From: Deferribacterales bacterium
GTDB lineage: Bacteria; Chrysiogenota; Deferribacteres; Deferribacterales; Geovibrionaceae
Direction of reading: 5' to 3'
NCBI GenBank assembly: GCA_050253075.1
Contig: JBFWJS010000005.1
Coordinates: forward strand, 206,869 to 262,776
Length of the DNA stretch: 55,908 nt
How positions within the stretch are numbered: the first letter of the stretch is position 1; each line of letters opens with the position of its first letter. The position numbers and the translations under genes are program-made. Of the stretch, positions 40,548 to 51,597 are shown one piece after another. The notes under the pieces are model-generated. The model made no database searches, had not been told where the DNA came from, and was given only the letters and a program-made list of their open reading frames with translations.

Positions 40548-41066
40548 TCAGATCTTAAATGCCTTCAGCAGTCTCGCAATTCTCAGCAGATTCGAGGCGT
40601 GTTCCGCCGCGTCTAATATCTGCCTCTCGCTATAGCCATAGCCCTTCAGCCTCTCTACATCAGCGGCAGAGTATTCATCAGGCGTCACAACAGCCTTAGC
40701 CGACAGATCCACCAGAGCATTATCCGCCTCAGAAAGAGGTGCTGCGTTTCCGCCTGTTTCCACGGCTTTCAGGTCTTCATCGGTAAAGCCCGCATTCATC
40801 AGCACTTTGCTGTTAAACTTTATGCAGAAATCACCGTTAACATCACATGCCACACGATACCTTATAGCAGGAAATACAGTAGGATTTATCCCTGATTCTT
40901 TAAAGAGATATGCACCCCTTTCGAGGAGCTGTTTCAGCATATGCGGGCTGATTGCGCCCATTCTGAAATTATCTGTCAGCTCGCCGAATGCCTTTTCTAT
41001 ATGTCCAAACATTATCTGCAGCTCTGCGTTGTCCACGTCCCTCTCGGGTAAGTTTAATAAAGCCAT
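40548..41066 (-). CDS. Carboxymuconolactone decarboxylase/AhpD-like protein
   Basis: IRYRVA..NGDFCIKFN (degenerate NxCxYC..H), LSEADNAL, DVERLKGYGYSERQILD. Confidence 0.65.
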   Translation of the reverse strand: MALLNLPERDVDNAELQIMFGHIEKAFGELTDNFRMGAISPHMLKQLLERGAYLFKESGINPTVFPAIRYRVACDVNGDFCIKFNSKVLMNAGFTDEDLKAVETGGNAAPLSEADNALVDLSAKAVVTPDEYSAADVERLKGYGYSERQILDAAEHASNLLRIARLLKAFKI

Positions 41067-41077
41067 AATCGTCTCCT

Positions 41078-41656
41078 TTAATAAAGTAATCTATCCAGAT
41101 TCACTTTCAGATCATCAAACGGTGAGTCGTTCTTCACCAGCTTAGCCCTCATCATGGCTCCCTGATAGCTGTTGAATATGAATCCCGCCATAGACCCTGC
41201 GTCACCTTCAAATTTTATAACGCCCTGCTCACGTCCCTCTTCGAGACATCTGGCGATAAAATCCGTCACATTGGCAAAGACAGAGTTCAGCTTCGCCCTG
41301 AAGTCTTCGTTAAGGTCGCTCATTTCCTGCACGAGGTTGCCTATGGGACAGCCCTTGGTGTATTCGTTTTCACGCATTTCGGATATCAGCGAGTCAAACA
41401 GGGCAAACATCCTGTCCACAGGTTCTGTCACCTTGTCCACGCCGTTCTTCCTGTGGATGTCCTTCATCATCTCGACATAATGGTCTATGAGAGCCAGCCC
41501 GAAATCATCCTTACTGTTGAAATAGAAATAGAATGACCCCTTCGGCACCCCCGCCAGCTTGAGGATGTCGTTCAGCCCGGTGTTGTTAAAACCGTTCCTG
41601 TGGATGAGCTCTGCGCCCGCTTCCAGTATTTTTATCTTTGTTTCCGTTTTACTCAT
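41078..41656 (-). CDS. TetR-family regulator, NemR-like
   Basis: HTH GLNDILKLAGVPKGSFYFYF.SK; C-terminal GCPIGNL; start ATG 41656. Confidence 0.88.
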   Translation of the reverse strand: MSKTETKIKILEAGAELIHRNGFNNTGLNDILKLAGVPKGSFYFYFNSKDDFGLALIDHYVEMMKDIHRKNGVDKVTEPVDRMFALFDSLISEMRENEYTKGCPIGNLVQEMSDLNEDFRAKLNSVFANVTDFIARCLEEGREQGVIKFEGDAGSMAGFIFNSYQGAMMRAKLVKNDSPFDDLKVNLDRLLY

Positions 41657-41662
41657 GAGAGA

Positions 41663-41691
41663 ATAATAGACCAGTCGTCTATAGAAATCAA
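41663..41691 (-). promoter_or_regulatory. sigma70 promoter with an embedded palindromic TetR operator
   Basis: TTGATT-17-TATTAT; operator ATAGAC-N5-GTCTAT at 41666-41682; ATG is the 7th base after the -10 box. Confidence 0.7.
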
Positions 41692-41708
41692 TAAAAAAAA
41701 GCTGAAAC

Positions 41709-41746
41709 AAAAAATCCCCGATAAACCTGTATGGTCTCGGGGATTT
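41709..41746 (-). terminator. Intrinsic terminator after rpmE
   Basis: AAAAAATCCCCGA..TCGGGGATTT. Confidence 0.8.
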
Positions 41747-41789
41747 AATAGTATCAGTTTCAAAAAGTATAAATAAGGAACTAAGTAGC

Positions 41790-41996
41790 TTACTTCTTTC
41801 CGTATTTTTTCATGAATTTCTCTACACGGCCTGCAGTATCGATGAACTTCTGCTTACCTGTAAAGAATGGGTGGCACTCAGCACAAATAGCAACAGTTGC
41901 CTTCTCAGGATCAACAGTGGACATTGTGTTGAAGCTAGCGCCGCATGCGCATCTGAATGTAGTCTCTTTGTAATCTGGGTGAATATCTTTTCTCAT
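41790..41996 (-). CDS. rpmE: 50S ribosomal protein L31, Zn-binding type
   Basis: MRKDIHP, CAC and [19 protein letters not shown]; true start ATG 41996 behind GAGGT. Confidence 0.96.
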   Translation of the reverse strand: MRKDIHPDYKETTFRCACGASFNTMSTVDPEKATVAICAECHPFFTGKQKFIDTAGRVEKFMKKYGKK

Positions 41997-42014
41997 TTTA
42001 TTACCTCTTAATTT

Positions 42015-42110
42015 GTGCCACAGCATTACAGCGGATCCCGCTAAACCGCAGAAGCCCCAACTGTGCACCCCCGAAAAAACGCAACTGTACCGACAGTCCG
42101 TCAGGGAACA
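42015..42110 (-). ncRNA. Candidate structured 5' leader of rpmE
   Basis: About 110-nt UTR between the promoter and the SD, foldable by hand into two GU-rich domains. Confidence 0.45.
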
Positions 42111-42113
42111 TGG

Positions 42114-42142
42114 GTTATATCACATCAAAATATAGTATGCAA
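42114..42142 (-). promoter_or_regulatory. sigma70 promoter for rpmE
   Basis: TTGCAT-17-TATAAC. Confidence 0.65.
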
Positions 42143-42239
42143 GTTCTAATTTGCAAACCATATTTAACATTGCCTATCAGTTAAACCAAAGGTTGGTGCA
42201 CCGCCTGATACTCCTCGCAAGGAGTTATGCTCAGAAGCG

Positions 42240-43481
42240 CTATTTACCCATGTTCTCCAGGAATTCTATATTGTTCTTCGTTCCTTTCATCTTATCAAGG
42301 AGGAATTCCATAGCATCCACGGAGTTCATGTTCGCAAGGAAACGTCTGAGTATCCAGACCTTGTTAAGCTCTTCTTTAGTAAGTAGGAGCTCTTCGCGTC
42401 TTGTACCTGATTTATTGATATCGATAGCAGGGAATGTTCTGCGCTCAGACAGTTTTCTGTCGAGGTGCAGTTCCATGTTACCTGTACCTTTGAATTCTTC
42501 GTAGATAACTTCGTCCATACGGGAGCCTGTCTCCACAAGACCTGTAGCTATGATAGAGAGGGAACCGCCCTCTTCTATGTTTCTCGCAGCACCAAAGAAT
42601 CTCTTCGGCTTGTGCAGGGCGTTGGAGTCCACACCACCGGAAAGAACCTTACCTGAAGGCGGCTCGATGGAGTTGTATGCACGGGCGAGACGTGTGATGG
42701 AGTCGAGAAGGATTACAACATCCTTCTTGTGCTCTACGAGTCTCTTAGCCTTGTTCAGCACCATCTCTGAAACCTGTACGTGTCTGTATGCAGGCTCGTC
42801 GAAAGTCGAACTGACAACCTCAGCGTTAACAGAACGCTGCATGTCTGTAACTTCCTCGGGACGTTCATCTATAAGGAGTATAATGAGGAAAACCTCAGGA
42901 TGATTTGTAGTAATAGCATTTGCGATGCTCTTAAGGAGCATTGTCTTACCGGTCTTAGGAGGAGCCACGAGGAGACCACGCTGTCCTTTACCGATAGGTG
43001 ATAAAAGGTTCATAACACGTGTTTCGTATGCGCCTGCTTTGTATTCAAGATTGAGTCTTTCTTCCGGGAAGAGCGGGGTAAGGTTTTCGAAAAGGGTACG
43101 CTGACGGGATGCTGCCTCGAAGTTTACTTCCTCTACTTTCAGCAGAGCAAAGTATTTTTCATTATCCTTCGGAGGTCTTATCTCGCCTGCGACGGTGTCA
43201 CCGTTTCTCAGACCGAATTTGCGTATCTGAGCGGGTGAGACGTAAATGTCGTCCGGTCCCGGCAGATAGTTATAGTTAGGCGAACGGAGGAAACCGAATC
43301 CGTCAGGAAGTATTTCTATAACTCCCTGTCCGTATATCTGTCCGTTTCTTGCACTTGTTTGCTTGAGCATTTCAAAGATGAGCTCCTGTTTAAGGAGTCC
43401 GTCGGAGTTTTCGATACCTGCAGAATTAGCTATCTCGACTAACTCCTCGATAGGTTTCTTTTTCAAATCAGTAAGGTTCAC
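42240..43481 (-). CDS. rho: Transcription termination factor Rho
   Basis: [49 protein letters not shown]. Confidence 0.98.
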   Translation of the reverse strand: MNLTDLKKKPIEELVEIANSAGIENSDGLLKQELIFEMLKQTSARNGQIYGQGVIEILPDGFGFLRSPNYNYLPGPDDIYVSPAQIRKFGLRNGDTVAGEIRPPKDNEKYFALLKVEEVNFEAASRQRTLFENLTPLFPEERLNLEYKAGAYETRVMNLLSPIGKGQRGLLVAPPKTGKTMLLKSIANAITTNHPEVFLIILLIDERPEEVTDMQRSVNAEVVSSTFDEPAYRHVQVSEMVLNKAKRLVEHKKDVVILLDSITRLARAYNSIEPPSGKVLSGGVDSNALHKPKRFFGAARNIEEGGSLSIIATGLVETGSRMDEVIYEEFKGTGNMELHLDRKLSERRTFPAIDINKSGTRREELLLTKEELNKVWILRRFLANMNSVDAMEFLLDKMKGTKNNIEFLENMGK

Positions 43482-43653
43482 GCTATTTCTCCATTGGTTC
43501 GTGTAGTTATTTTTTTAGATTGGAACCGATCAAAATATAATTAAAAACAGGTTTGTAATTCTTGAATAATCTCGTTTAAATTTTAATTGATTTTATAACG
43601 AAGCACTGCGAGTCGGCAGTAGGCCTGAAGGTGTTCACCCCTTCAACAAATTA

Positions 43654-43682
43654 AATTTAATCCCAAACGCCCCCTATGTCAA
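43654..43682 (-). promoter_or_regulatory. sigma70 promoter for rho
   Basis: TTGACA-17-TAAATT, about 170 nt upstream of the GTG start. Confidence 0.6.
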
Positions 43683-43772
43683 CCAAAAGGTAGCACCTTT
43701 GGGCGCATAAGAGAATTTTAACTTTGCTGTCACTCCTTTAAGGCTTATTCCATTAACCTTGCCATACTTCTC

Positions 43773-43876
43773 GTCATGCTGAGGAGAAGTTTACTTCGAC
43801 GTGAGCATCTCGGCCGTAAGCTACGAATAAACCAAGGTCTGAGATTGCCGCATCGCCCACGGCTCCTCGCAATGAC
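43773..43876. repeat. REP-like doublet with dissimilar halves
   Basis: GTCATGCTGAGGAG..GAGCATCTC left arm; GAGATTGCCGCATCGCCCACGGCTCCTCGCAATGAC right arm. Confidence 0.75.
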
Positions 43877-43921
43877 AGACATGCCGAATAACCAAAAATT
43901 TAGCCTGTCGGTGCTGACCGA

Positions 43922-44731
43922 CTAAAGTTCCATGTCTCGTCCATACACAGTATGGATGATCTCCCGAGCAGTCTCTTCGATACTTTTGTTTGTTGTGTCT
44001 ATCATGCTCCATTTGCGGTTTTTGCGGATGAGCTCATAGCAGAATTCCACCTCTCCGAATATCTTCGGCAGGTTGTTATAATTGCTGGTGGTCTTATAAT
44101 GGCGCAGTCTCGCCGAGCGAACCTTCTGCAAAACCTCAGGGTCCATCACCAGCAGGACGACCTTATACTGATCAACGGTAAAGACCTCTTCGGGGATAGG
44201 TATCTCAGGCACAAGCGGAATATTCACCACCTTAAAACCCTGCTGAGCAAGGAAGAATGACGTAGGCGTCTTAGAAGTGCGTGAAAGCCCGAGGATGACA
44301 AGGTCAGCCTGTTCTATCCCACGCATCATCTTTCCGTCGTCATGGGTGAGTGTGAATTCCATAGCCTCGATACGTTTAAAATATTTCTCGTCGACCTTAC
44401 GCAGGAGTCCCGCTTTCTCGAGCTGGGGCTTGCCGAAGTAGCTCTCAAGGCTGTCCAGCGGAGGCCCGAGCAGGTCTATGCTTTTTATATTATTCTCAGC
44501 GCAGAAACGCTTTATGATATCTCTGTATGTTTTCGAAACCATTGTAAATGCGATGAAAGAGTTATCCATCTTTGCATGGTTCAGGACGGAAACAAGCTGT
44601 TCCTCCCTGTCGATGCTGGAGTAAACGGTGAATTTCACGTCTGGCTTGTCGAACTGAAGCAGAGCCGCACGCATGATTGTCATGGCCGACTGCCCCGTAC
44701 CGTCAGATAAAATATATATACGATCAGACAT
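43922..44731 (-). CDS. ppsR: PEP synthase/PPDK regulatory kinase-pyrophosphorylase (DUF299)
   Basis: SDGTG, YF.RIEAMEF..HDDG, GLSRTSKTP, SIEETA. Confidence 0.92.
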   Translation of the reverse strand: MSDRIYILSDGTGQSAMTIMRAALLQFDKPDVKFTVYSSIDREEQLVSVLNHAKMDNSFIAFTMVSKTYRDIIKRFCAENNIKSIDLLGPPLDSLESYFGKPQLEKAGLLRKVDEKYFKRIEAMEFTLTHDDGKMMRGIEQADLVILGLSRTSKTPTSFFLAQQGFKVVNIPLVPEIPIPEEVFTVDQYKVVLLVMDPEVLQKVRSARLRHYKTTSNYNNLPKIFGEVEFCYELIRKNRKWSMIDTTNKSIEETAREIIHTVYGRDMEL

Positions 44732-46690
<1,959 letters not shown>

Positions 46691-47893
46691 CTATGCATAC
46701 CTTCTTATCAGGCTGCCTTCGGGAGCGTTCAGCCCCTCCAGCTTATATTTCATCCCTGGTTTTGTATTCGGTTCTTCTATGCCGTTCATGGCGTATATTG
46801 CGCCTGTTTCTATCTCTGTCTCGGCCATATCGGGTGTGAGCAGCATCGCCGTCTCACCTTTGGAGAATTTTGCCTTGGCGTCTATTATCACACCGTCCTC
46901 GACGACCTCTTCCACCACACCGAGGAAATCGCATCCACGCACATATGAAGATGTGCCGTAGTTCATCGTCTTTTCGTCTGCGTTCCCGTTGTAGAATGCC
47001 TCTGTGTATTCCCTGTGGCTGACGCTGGCGAGGAACTTTTTCCACTCGTCTTTGACCTTAAAACCGCCCGCTGCTACGGAGTCTATCGCCTGTCTGTATA
47101 CCCCTGTCACGGCGGATACATACATCACAGACTTCATCCGTCCCTCTATCTTCAGGGATTTTATCCCCATCTTTGAGAGCTCGTCCACATGCTCCAGCAG
47201 GCACAGGTCTTTACTGTTATAGAAGTAAGTGCCCCTTTCGTCCTCTGCAACGGGGAAATACTGCCCGTCACGGTTCTCCTCAACCAATGCATAGTTCCAC
47301 CGACAGCTCTGTGCACAGTCGCCTGCGTTTGCGTCTCTGCCTGTCATATAGTTGCTTATGAGGCATCTGCCCGACATGGATATGCACATTGCTCCGTGTA
47401 CGAATACCTCGACCTCGCATTTAGTATTGGCACAGATGTATGCCGCCTCTTCCCCTGTCACTTCACGGGCGAGGATGACACGCTCTGCCCCCTGCTCATA
47501 CCAAAAGTCTACAGCGGAAAGGTTCGTCACGTTCGCCTGTGTGCTGATGTGTCTGGGTATCTCTGGTGCGACCTCTTTGGCTATGCGGTACACGCCCGGG
47601 TCGGATATGATTATCGCATCGGGTTTGATGTCTTTCAGACTGCCTATATATTCCCGCACGCCGTCCAGCTCGCCGTTTTTAAGGAAGGCGTTCACTGTGA
47701 CGTATCCCTTTTTGCCCCTTTCGTGCAGATATCTGAATGCCTGCTCCATCTCTTCGGGTTCAAAGTTTGAGGCACGGACACGCAGTCCGAAGCCTGAGCC
47801 TGCGAGGTATACGGCATCAGCGCCAAAGCGCACGGCAGCCTTCAGCTTTTCAAAACTGCCCGCAGGGGCGAGTAATTCGGGTTTGTCCATCAT
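46691..47893 (-). CDS. U32-family Fe-S tRNA hydroxylase, TrhP/YegQ-like
   Basis: ELLAPAG, GADAVY, HISTQAN, HGAMCISMSGRC..GDCAQSCRW, KIEGR. Confidence 0.85.
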   Translation of the reverse strand: MMDKPELLAPAGSFEKLKAAVRFGADAVYLAGSGFGLRVRASNFEPEEMEQAFRYLHERGKKGYVTVNAFLKNGELDGVREYIGSLKDIKPDAIIISDPGVYRIAKEVAPEIPRHISTQANVTNLSAVDFWYEQGAERVILAREVTGEEAAYICANTKCEVEVFVHGAMCISMSGRCLISNYMTGRDANAGDCAQSCRWNYALVEENRDGQYFPVAEDERGTYFYNSKDLCLLEHVDELSKMGIKSLKIEGRMKSVMYVSAVTGVYRQAIDSVAAGGFKVKDEWKKFLASVSHREYTEAFYNGNADEKTMNYGTSSYVRGCDFLGVVEEVVEDGVIIDAKAKFSKGETAMLLTPDMAETEIETGAIYAMNGIEEPNTKPGMKYKLEGLNAPEGSLIRRYA

Positions 47894-48499
47894 TTATTTC
47901 CCCACAAGCATGACTCCGCCGCCTATGGTGATGAAGCTGTGCCTGTATGAATGTTTTATGTATTGTATGAAGTTTCTGAGAGTTTTCACTAACGGCAGGT
48001 ATTTCGGCGGTATCTCGCAGTCTGCGCAGAATATCTCGCCATAGACGAACATATCGTCGAATATGATCGTCCCCCCCTCGTTCAGCATATTAAAAGCATA
48101 GTGAAATACTATGGGGTACTGCTTTTTCATGGAGTCTACGAATATCATGTCGTATTTGTTTTTGTCATTTTTGAGGTGTTCTATCACATCGCATTTTTTA
48201 AATGTGACGTTCAGCCCTTCGCAGTTGTCCCTTGCCATATCGAGTCGTTTATCGTTCAGGTCTAGGGCTGTGATGTGTGCGTCCGGTGCACCTCTGGATA
48301 TATATCTGGTGGATACGCCTATACCGCAGCCCAGCTCAAGTATGGTCTTAGGCTTTGATGCGAAGGCGAAATGCTCCAGAAACATCCCCACATCAGGCTC
48401 CACTGAGGGTGTGCCCGTGATGTCGGCATCGAGATGCATAGACATCTCTGCGTATTCTGTCAGCCCTTTGACATAAGGGTTCAGGATGTTACTTTTCAT
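47894..48499 (-). CDS. SAM-dependent O-methyltransferase, TrmR/YrrM-like
   Basis: ILELGCGIGVS, YDMIFVDSMKKQY, GGTIIFDD; abuts the U32 gene. Confidence 0.75.
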   Translation of the reverse strand: MKSNILNPYVKGLTEYAEMSMHLDADITGTPSVEPDVGMFLEHFAFASKPKTILELGCGIGVSTRYISRGAPDAHITALDLNDKRLDMARDNCEGLNVTFKKCDVIEHLKNDKNKYDMIFVDSMKKQYPIVFHYAFNMLNEGGTIIFDDMFVYGEIFCADCEIPPKYLPLVKTLRNFIQYIKHSYRHSFITIGGGVMLVGK

Positions 48500-48980
48500 T
48501 TACACCTGCGATGTTGTCGGGTGTCAGTTTTTCGGATATACGTGCGGCGAATACGGGGTCGCTTGTCCCCATGGCAGACATTATCTTACCCGCTGTCATG
48601 GAGTTCATCCTCAGGAAAAGCTGTACGGCCTTGTCCAGATCCATCTTTGCTATGATGCTTGCGGCGGATTTTGCCTTTGCCGATCCGTATGCCTTTGCGA
48701 GTGCATCGAGGTTTTCGTCCTCACGGGTCTTTATCTCGTCCAGTCTGGCTGTGATGGTGTCTTTCAGCTTACGCAGTTCGCTCTCTTTCTGGAGCAGTTC
48801 ATCCTCCAGAGCTTTGATGCGGTCCTCTTTCCCTGTGAGGGTCTTTTCCCTCTCGTCCAGCTCCAGCTTACGCTTTTCCAGCTCCTGCGCTATGGTCTGC
48901 AGGTTTGCGAGGCTCTCTGCATATGCGAAGTTCCCCAGCGCCATCAATATGATCAAAAGCATTACAGCTTTAGTTTTCAT
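48489..48980 (-). CDS. MotE/FlbB/YlxF-like flagellar protein (coiled coil plus MgtE-N-like domain)
   Basis: N-terminal hydrophobic segment, coiled coil, Y....K.AA.I..MD...A.I...M pattern; follows fliJ. Confidence 0.75.
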   Translation of the reverse strand: MKTKAVMLLIILMALGNFAYAESLANLQTIAQELEKRKLELDEREKTLTGKEDRIKALEDELLQKESELRKLKDTITARLDEIKTREDENLDALAKAYGSAKAKSAASIIAKMDLDKAVQLFLRMNSMTAGKIMSAMGTSDPVFAARISEKLTPDNIAGVNEK

Positions 48981-49398
48981 TATTGCCACTCCTTGTCACT
49001 GCGAGCTCATCTATCATCTTCATCTCTTCCTTGTTAAGATAGGCTCTGTAGTTTTCCACATGCTTTTCTTTCAGTTTAAGCATTATTTTGTGTCTTTCAA
49101 TAGCTTCGACAACTTTTTTCTTCTGCAGTTCGATATTCAGTTCTAGCTGTCTTCTCAGCTTTATTAGGGCATTCCTGTCCATCGTCAGCCTTTTGATGTA
49201 TTTGTCGTACATGGTTTTAAAGGCGTGGTCGCAGTTCTGCTTCTCCTCCACCTTTTCTTCGATGATCCTGTCTGCCTCTATGATATGCGCTTTTGTACGC
49301 TCGAGCTTTGCGTTTACGTCTGCCAGCTTATTCTTTTCAATGTCTACCAGGCGCTCACGGTATTCGAGCACCTTCTGCAGCCTGAATGTCCTTTTCAT
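48970..49398 (-). CDS. fliJ: Flagellar export chaperone FliJ
   Basis: FRLQKVLEYR; E.K.IDELA; follows fliI. Confidence 0.88.
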   Translation of the reverse strand: MKRTFRLQKVLEYRERLVDIEKNKLADVNAKLERTKAHIIEADRIIEEKVEEKQNCDHAFKTMYDKYIKRLTMDRNALIKLRRQLELNIELQKKKVVEAIERHKIMLKLKEKHVENYRAYLNKEEMKMIDELAVTRSGNNEN

Positions 49399-50705
49399 CA
49401 GCTATTTATAATACCGTCTAGAAGGACGGTGCTTTCATTGAACTGTATGGAGTCGTCTATCCCCTGCCTTAAAAATCCGTTCAGCTTGTCTATCTTTGCT
49501 ATGGATTCGTCGATCTTCGGGTTGCTCCCTTTTACGTATGCGCCGATGTTGATGAGGTCTTCCGCTTCGTTATAACTGGCGAGCAGGTCACGCATCCGTC
49601 CTGCGTTTGCATACTGCTTTTTATCTACTATCTCTTTCATAAGTCGGCTGGCACTGCTCAGCACGTCTATGGCAGGGTAATGGTTTTTCGCAGCCATCCC
49701 CCTCGAGAGGACGATGTGTCCGTCTATGATGGATCTTACCGTGTCACCTATAGGGTCGTTCATGTCGTCCGCCTCTACCAGCACGGTGTACAGCCCCGTG
49801 ATGTTTCCGCTCCCTTTCTGTGTGCCTGCCCTCTCGAGCAGCTTCGGCAGCAGACCGAAAACCGACGGTGTATAACCCTTTGTGGTGGGCGGTTCGCCTA
49901 CGGTGAGGCCTATCTCACGCTGTGCCATGGCGAAACGTGTCACAGAGTCCATCATAAGCATCACGTTCAGCCCCTTACTGCGGAAATACTCGGCGATAGC
50001 CGTTCCTACGAATGCGCCGAGTTTACGTATCAGAGCGGACTGGTCGGATGTCGCCACCACCAGCACGCTTCGCTTCAGCCCCTCTTCGCCGAGGTCTCTC
50101 TCGATGAATTCACGCACCTCACGTCCACGCTCTCCTATGAGTGCGATGACGTTAACGTCCGCATCAGAGTTTCTGGCTATCATGCCCAGAGTCACGGATT
50201 TACCCACGCCTGAACCGGCGAAGATACCCACCCTCTGGCCTCTGCCTATGGTGATAAGGTTGTCTATTGCTTTGATACCTGTGGATACAGGTGTTTTGAT
50301 TATTTCTCTGTCGAGTGCCTGCGGGGGAGACTGATATACGTTTACGAGGTCAAAGTCCTTTATGGGACCTTTCCCGTCCATCGGGTTTCCCAGCCCGTCG
50401 AGCACCCTGCCCAGCAGGTTGTCCGATACCTTCACGGTGTTTCCGTAGGACTCGTTCGTGACAGAGCTGCCGGGAGCTATCCCTTCACTCTCGCCGTACG
50501 GCATGAGCACTATGCGGTCATCTTTGAACCCGACGATCTCCGCAAGGATAGTACGTCCGTCTATGCTCTCTATGCTGCACCTCGTACCTATGCCGAGGAG
50601 CGGGCCGTCAGCCTCAATGGTGAGCCCGACGATCTTTGTCACTTTACCTTTTATCTGGAGGGACGCTTTGTGATCAACCCTCTTCAGTCGGGCTAAATTC
50701 TTCAT
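49398..50705 (-). CDS. fliI: Flagellar export ATPase
   Basis: GIFAGSGVGKS, GERGREV, MDSVTRFAMAQRE, DGHIVLSR. Confidence 0.96.
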   Translation of the reverse strand: MKNLARLKRVDHKASLQIKGKVTKIVGLTIEADGPLLGIGTRCSIESIDGRTILAEIVGFKDDRIVLMPYGESEGIAPGSSVTNESYGNTVKVSDNLLGRVLDGLGNPMDGKGPIKDFDLVNVYQSPPQALDREIIKTPVSTGIKAIDNLITIGRGQRVGIFAGSGVGKSVTLGMIARNSDADVNVIALIGERGREVREFIERDLGEEGLKRSVLVVATSDQSALIRKLGAFVGTAIAEYFRSKGLNVMLMMDSVTRFAMAQREIGLTVGEPPTTKGYTPSVFGLLPKLLERAGTQKGSGNITGLYTVLVEADDMNDPIGDTVRSIIDGHIVLSRGMAAKNHYPAIDVLSSASRLMKEIVDKKQYANAGRMRDLLASYNEAEDLINIGAYVKGSNPKIDESIAKIDKLNGFLRQGIDDSIQFNESTVLLDGIINS

Positions 50706-51558
50706 GTATCCTCTCCACGAATTCGTTCAGCATACGGTCTATGCTGAAATTCATCTCGCCGATATTGGTGGAAACTTTCAGGCTGCCTTTTACGACATTC
50801 TTATCCGCCTGTGTTTCATAATCGGGAAACTCAGCTTTCATACTTTCCACATCATCAGGGTTAACAAGGAAGATTACCTTCTCAAGCTCTCTCAGGTGAG
50901 AGAGGGATTTTCTGGCTATGGATGCCACTATGTCGTTGTTTATCTTCCGCTCTTCGCCCACTATGTCTGTCACCATGCCGATGATGATATTCGGCAGGGC
51001 TTCGTCCAGCTCGTTCACTGCGGTTTTGAAAGTATCCAGCTGTGCTATCACTTCTTTATATGTATCCTGCAGACTGTTGATGTAGTCTGCCTTTTCTGCT
51101 TCATATTTCCTTTCGGATTCTATCTTGCCCCTTGCATAGCCTTTTTCATCACCCTGCTTCAGCCCTTCTGCATGACCTTCGGCATATGCCTCTTTTCTGG
51201 CTGCTTCGAGCTCTTCTTCGCTGATGGCGGGGGGCGGGGGCGGCTCTTCCTCTATCACTATCTCAGGCTCTTCGGACTTTGCGTTCATGGCAGCTGCTTC
51301 TTCTTCACTGAATGCTTTCGGCTGATATTTCTCGCACTTGTATTCTCTGTCCTGAACAACGATGGCTTTGCCTATCTCGATATCTTTATCAAAGCTGAAT
51401 ACCTGAAGGTCAACCTCACCGGGTGTATAATCCATCTCGCCGACCTTTTCGAGCTTTTTCGGTTTTTCACCCCGCTCGACAGTCTCATAGACGGTATATC
51501 CAAACTGTTTCAGTTTTTCCGACGGTACAAACTCATCTTTGATAATTTTCTTGGACAT
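50674..51558 (-). CDS. fliH: Flagellar assembly protein FliH
   Basis: AxxxG/GxxxG repeats (AYAEGHAEGLKQG), VNPDD; start ATG 51558 behind AGGTGG. Confidence 0.85.
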   Translation of the reverse strand: MSKKIIKDEFVPSEKLKQFGYTVYETVERGEKPKKLEKVGEMDYTPGEVDLQVFSFDKDIEIGKAIVVQDREYKCEKYQPKAFSEEEAAAMNAKSEEPEIVIEEEPPPPPAISEEELEAARKEAYAEGHAEGLKQGDEKGYARGKIESERKYEAEKADYINSLQDTYKEVIAQLDTFKTAVNELDEALPNIIIGMVTDIVGEERKINNDIVASIARKSLSHLRELEKVIFLVNPDDVESMKAEFPDYETQADKNVVKGSLKVSTNIGEMNFSIDRMLNEFVERIHEEFSPTEEG

Positions 51559-51597
51559 ATCCCACCTTGATTTTTTTGCTGTCATAGCAAAAAAATT

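Noticed and set aside
41997..42068. 24-aa extension of rpmE from GTG 42068
   Set aside because: L31 homology and the SD begin at ATG 41996; the region is better explained as a leader RNA
42011..42110. rpmE upstream structure as tRNA, SRP RNA or 6S RNA
   Set aside because: No cloverleaf or T-loop, no SRP domain IV motif, too short for 6S, and it runs directly into an SD
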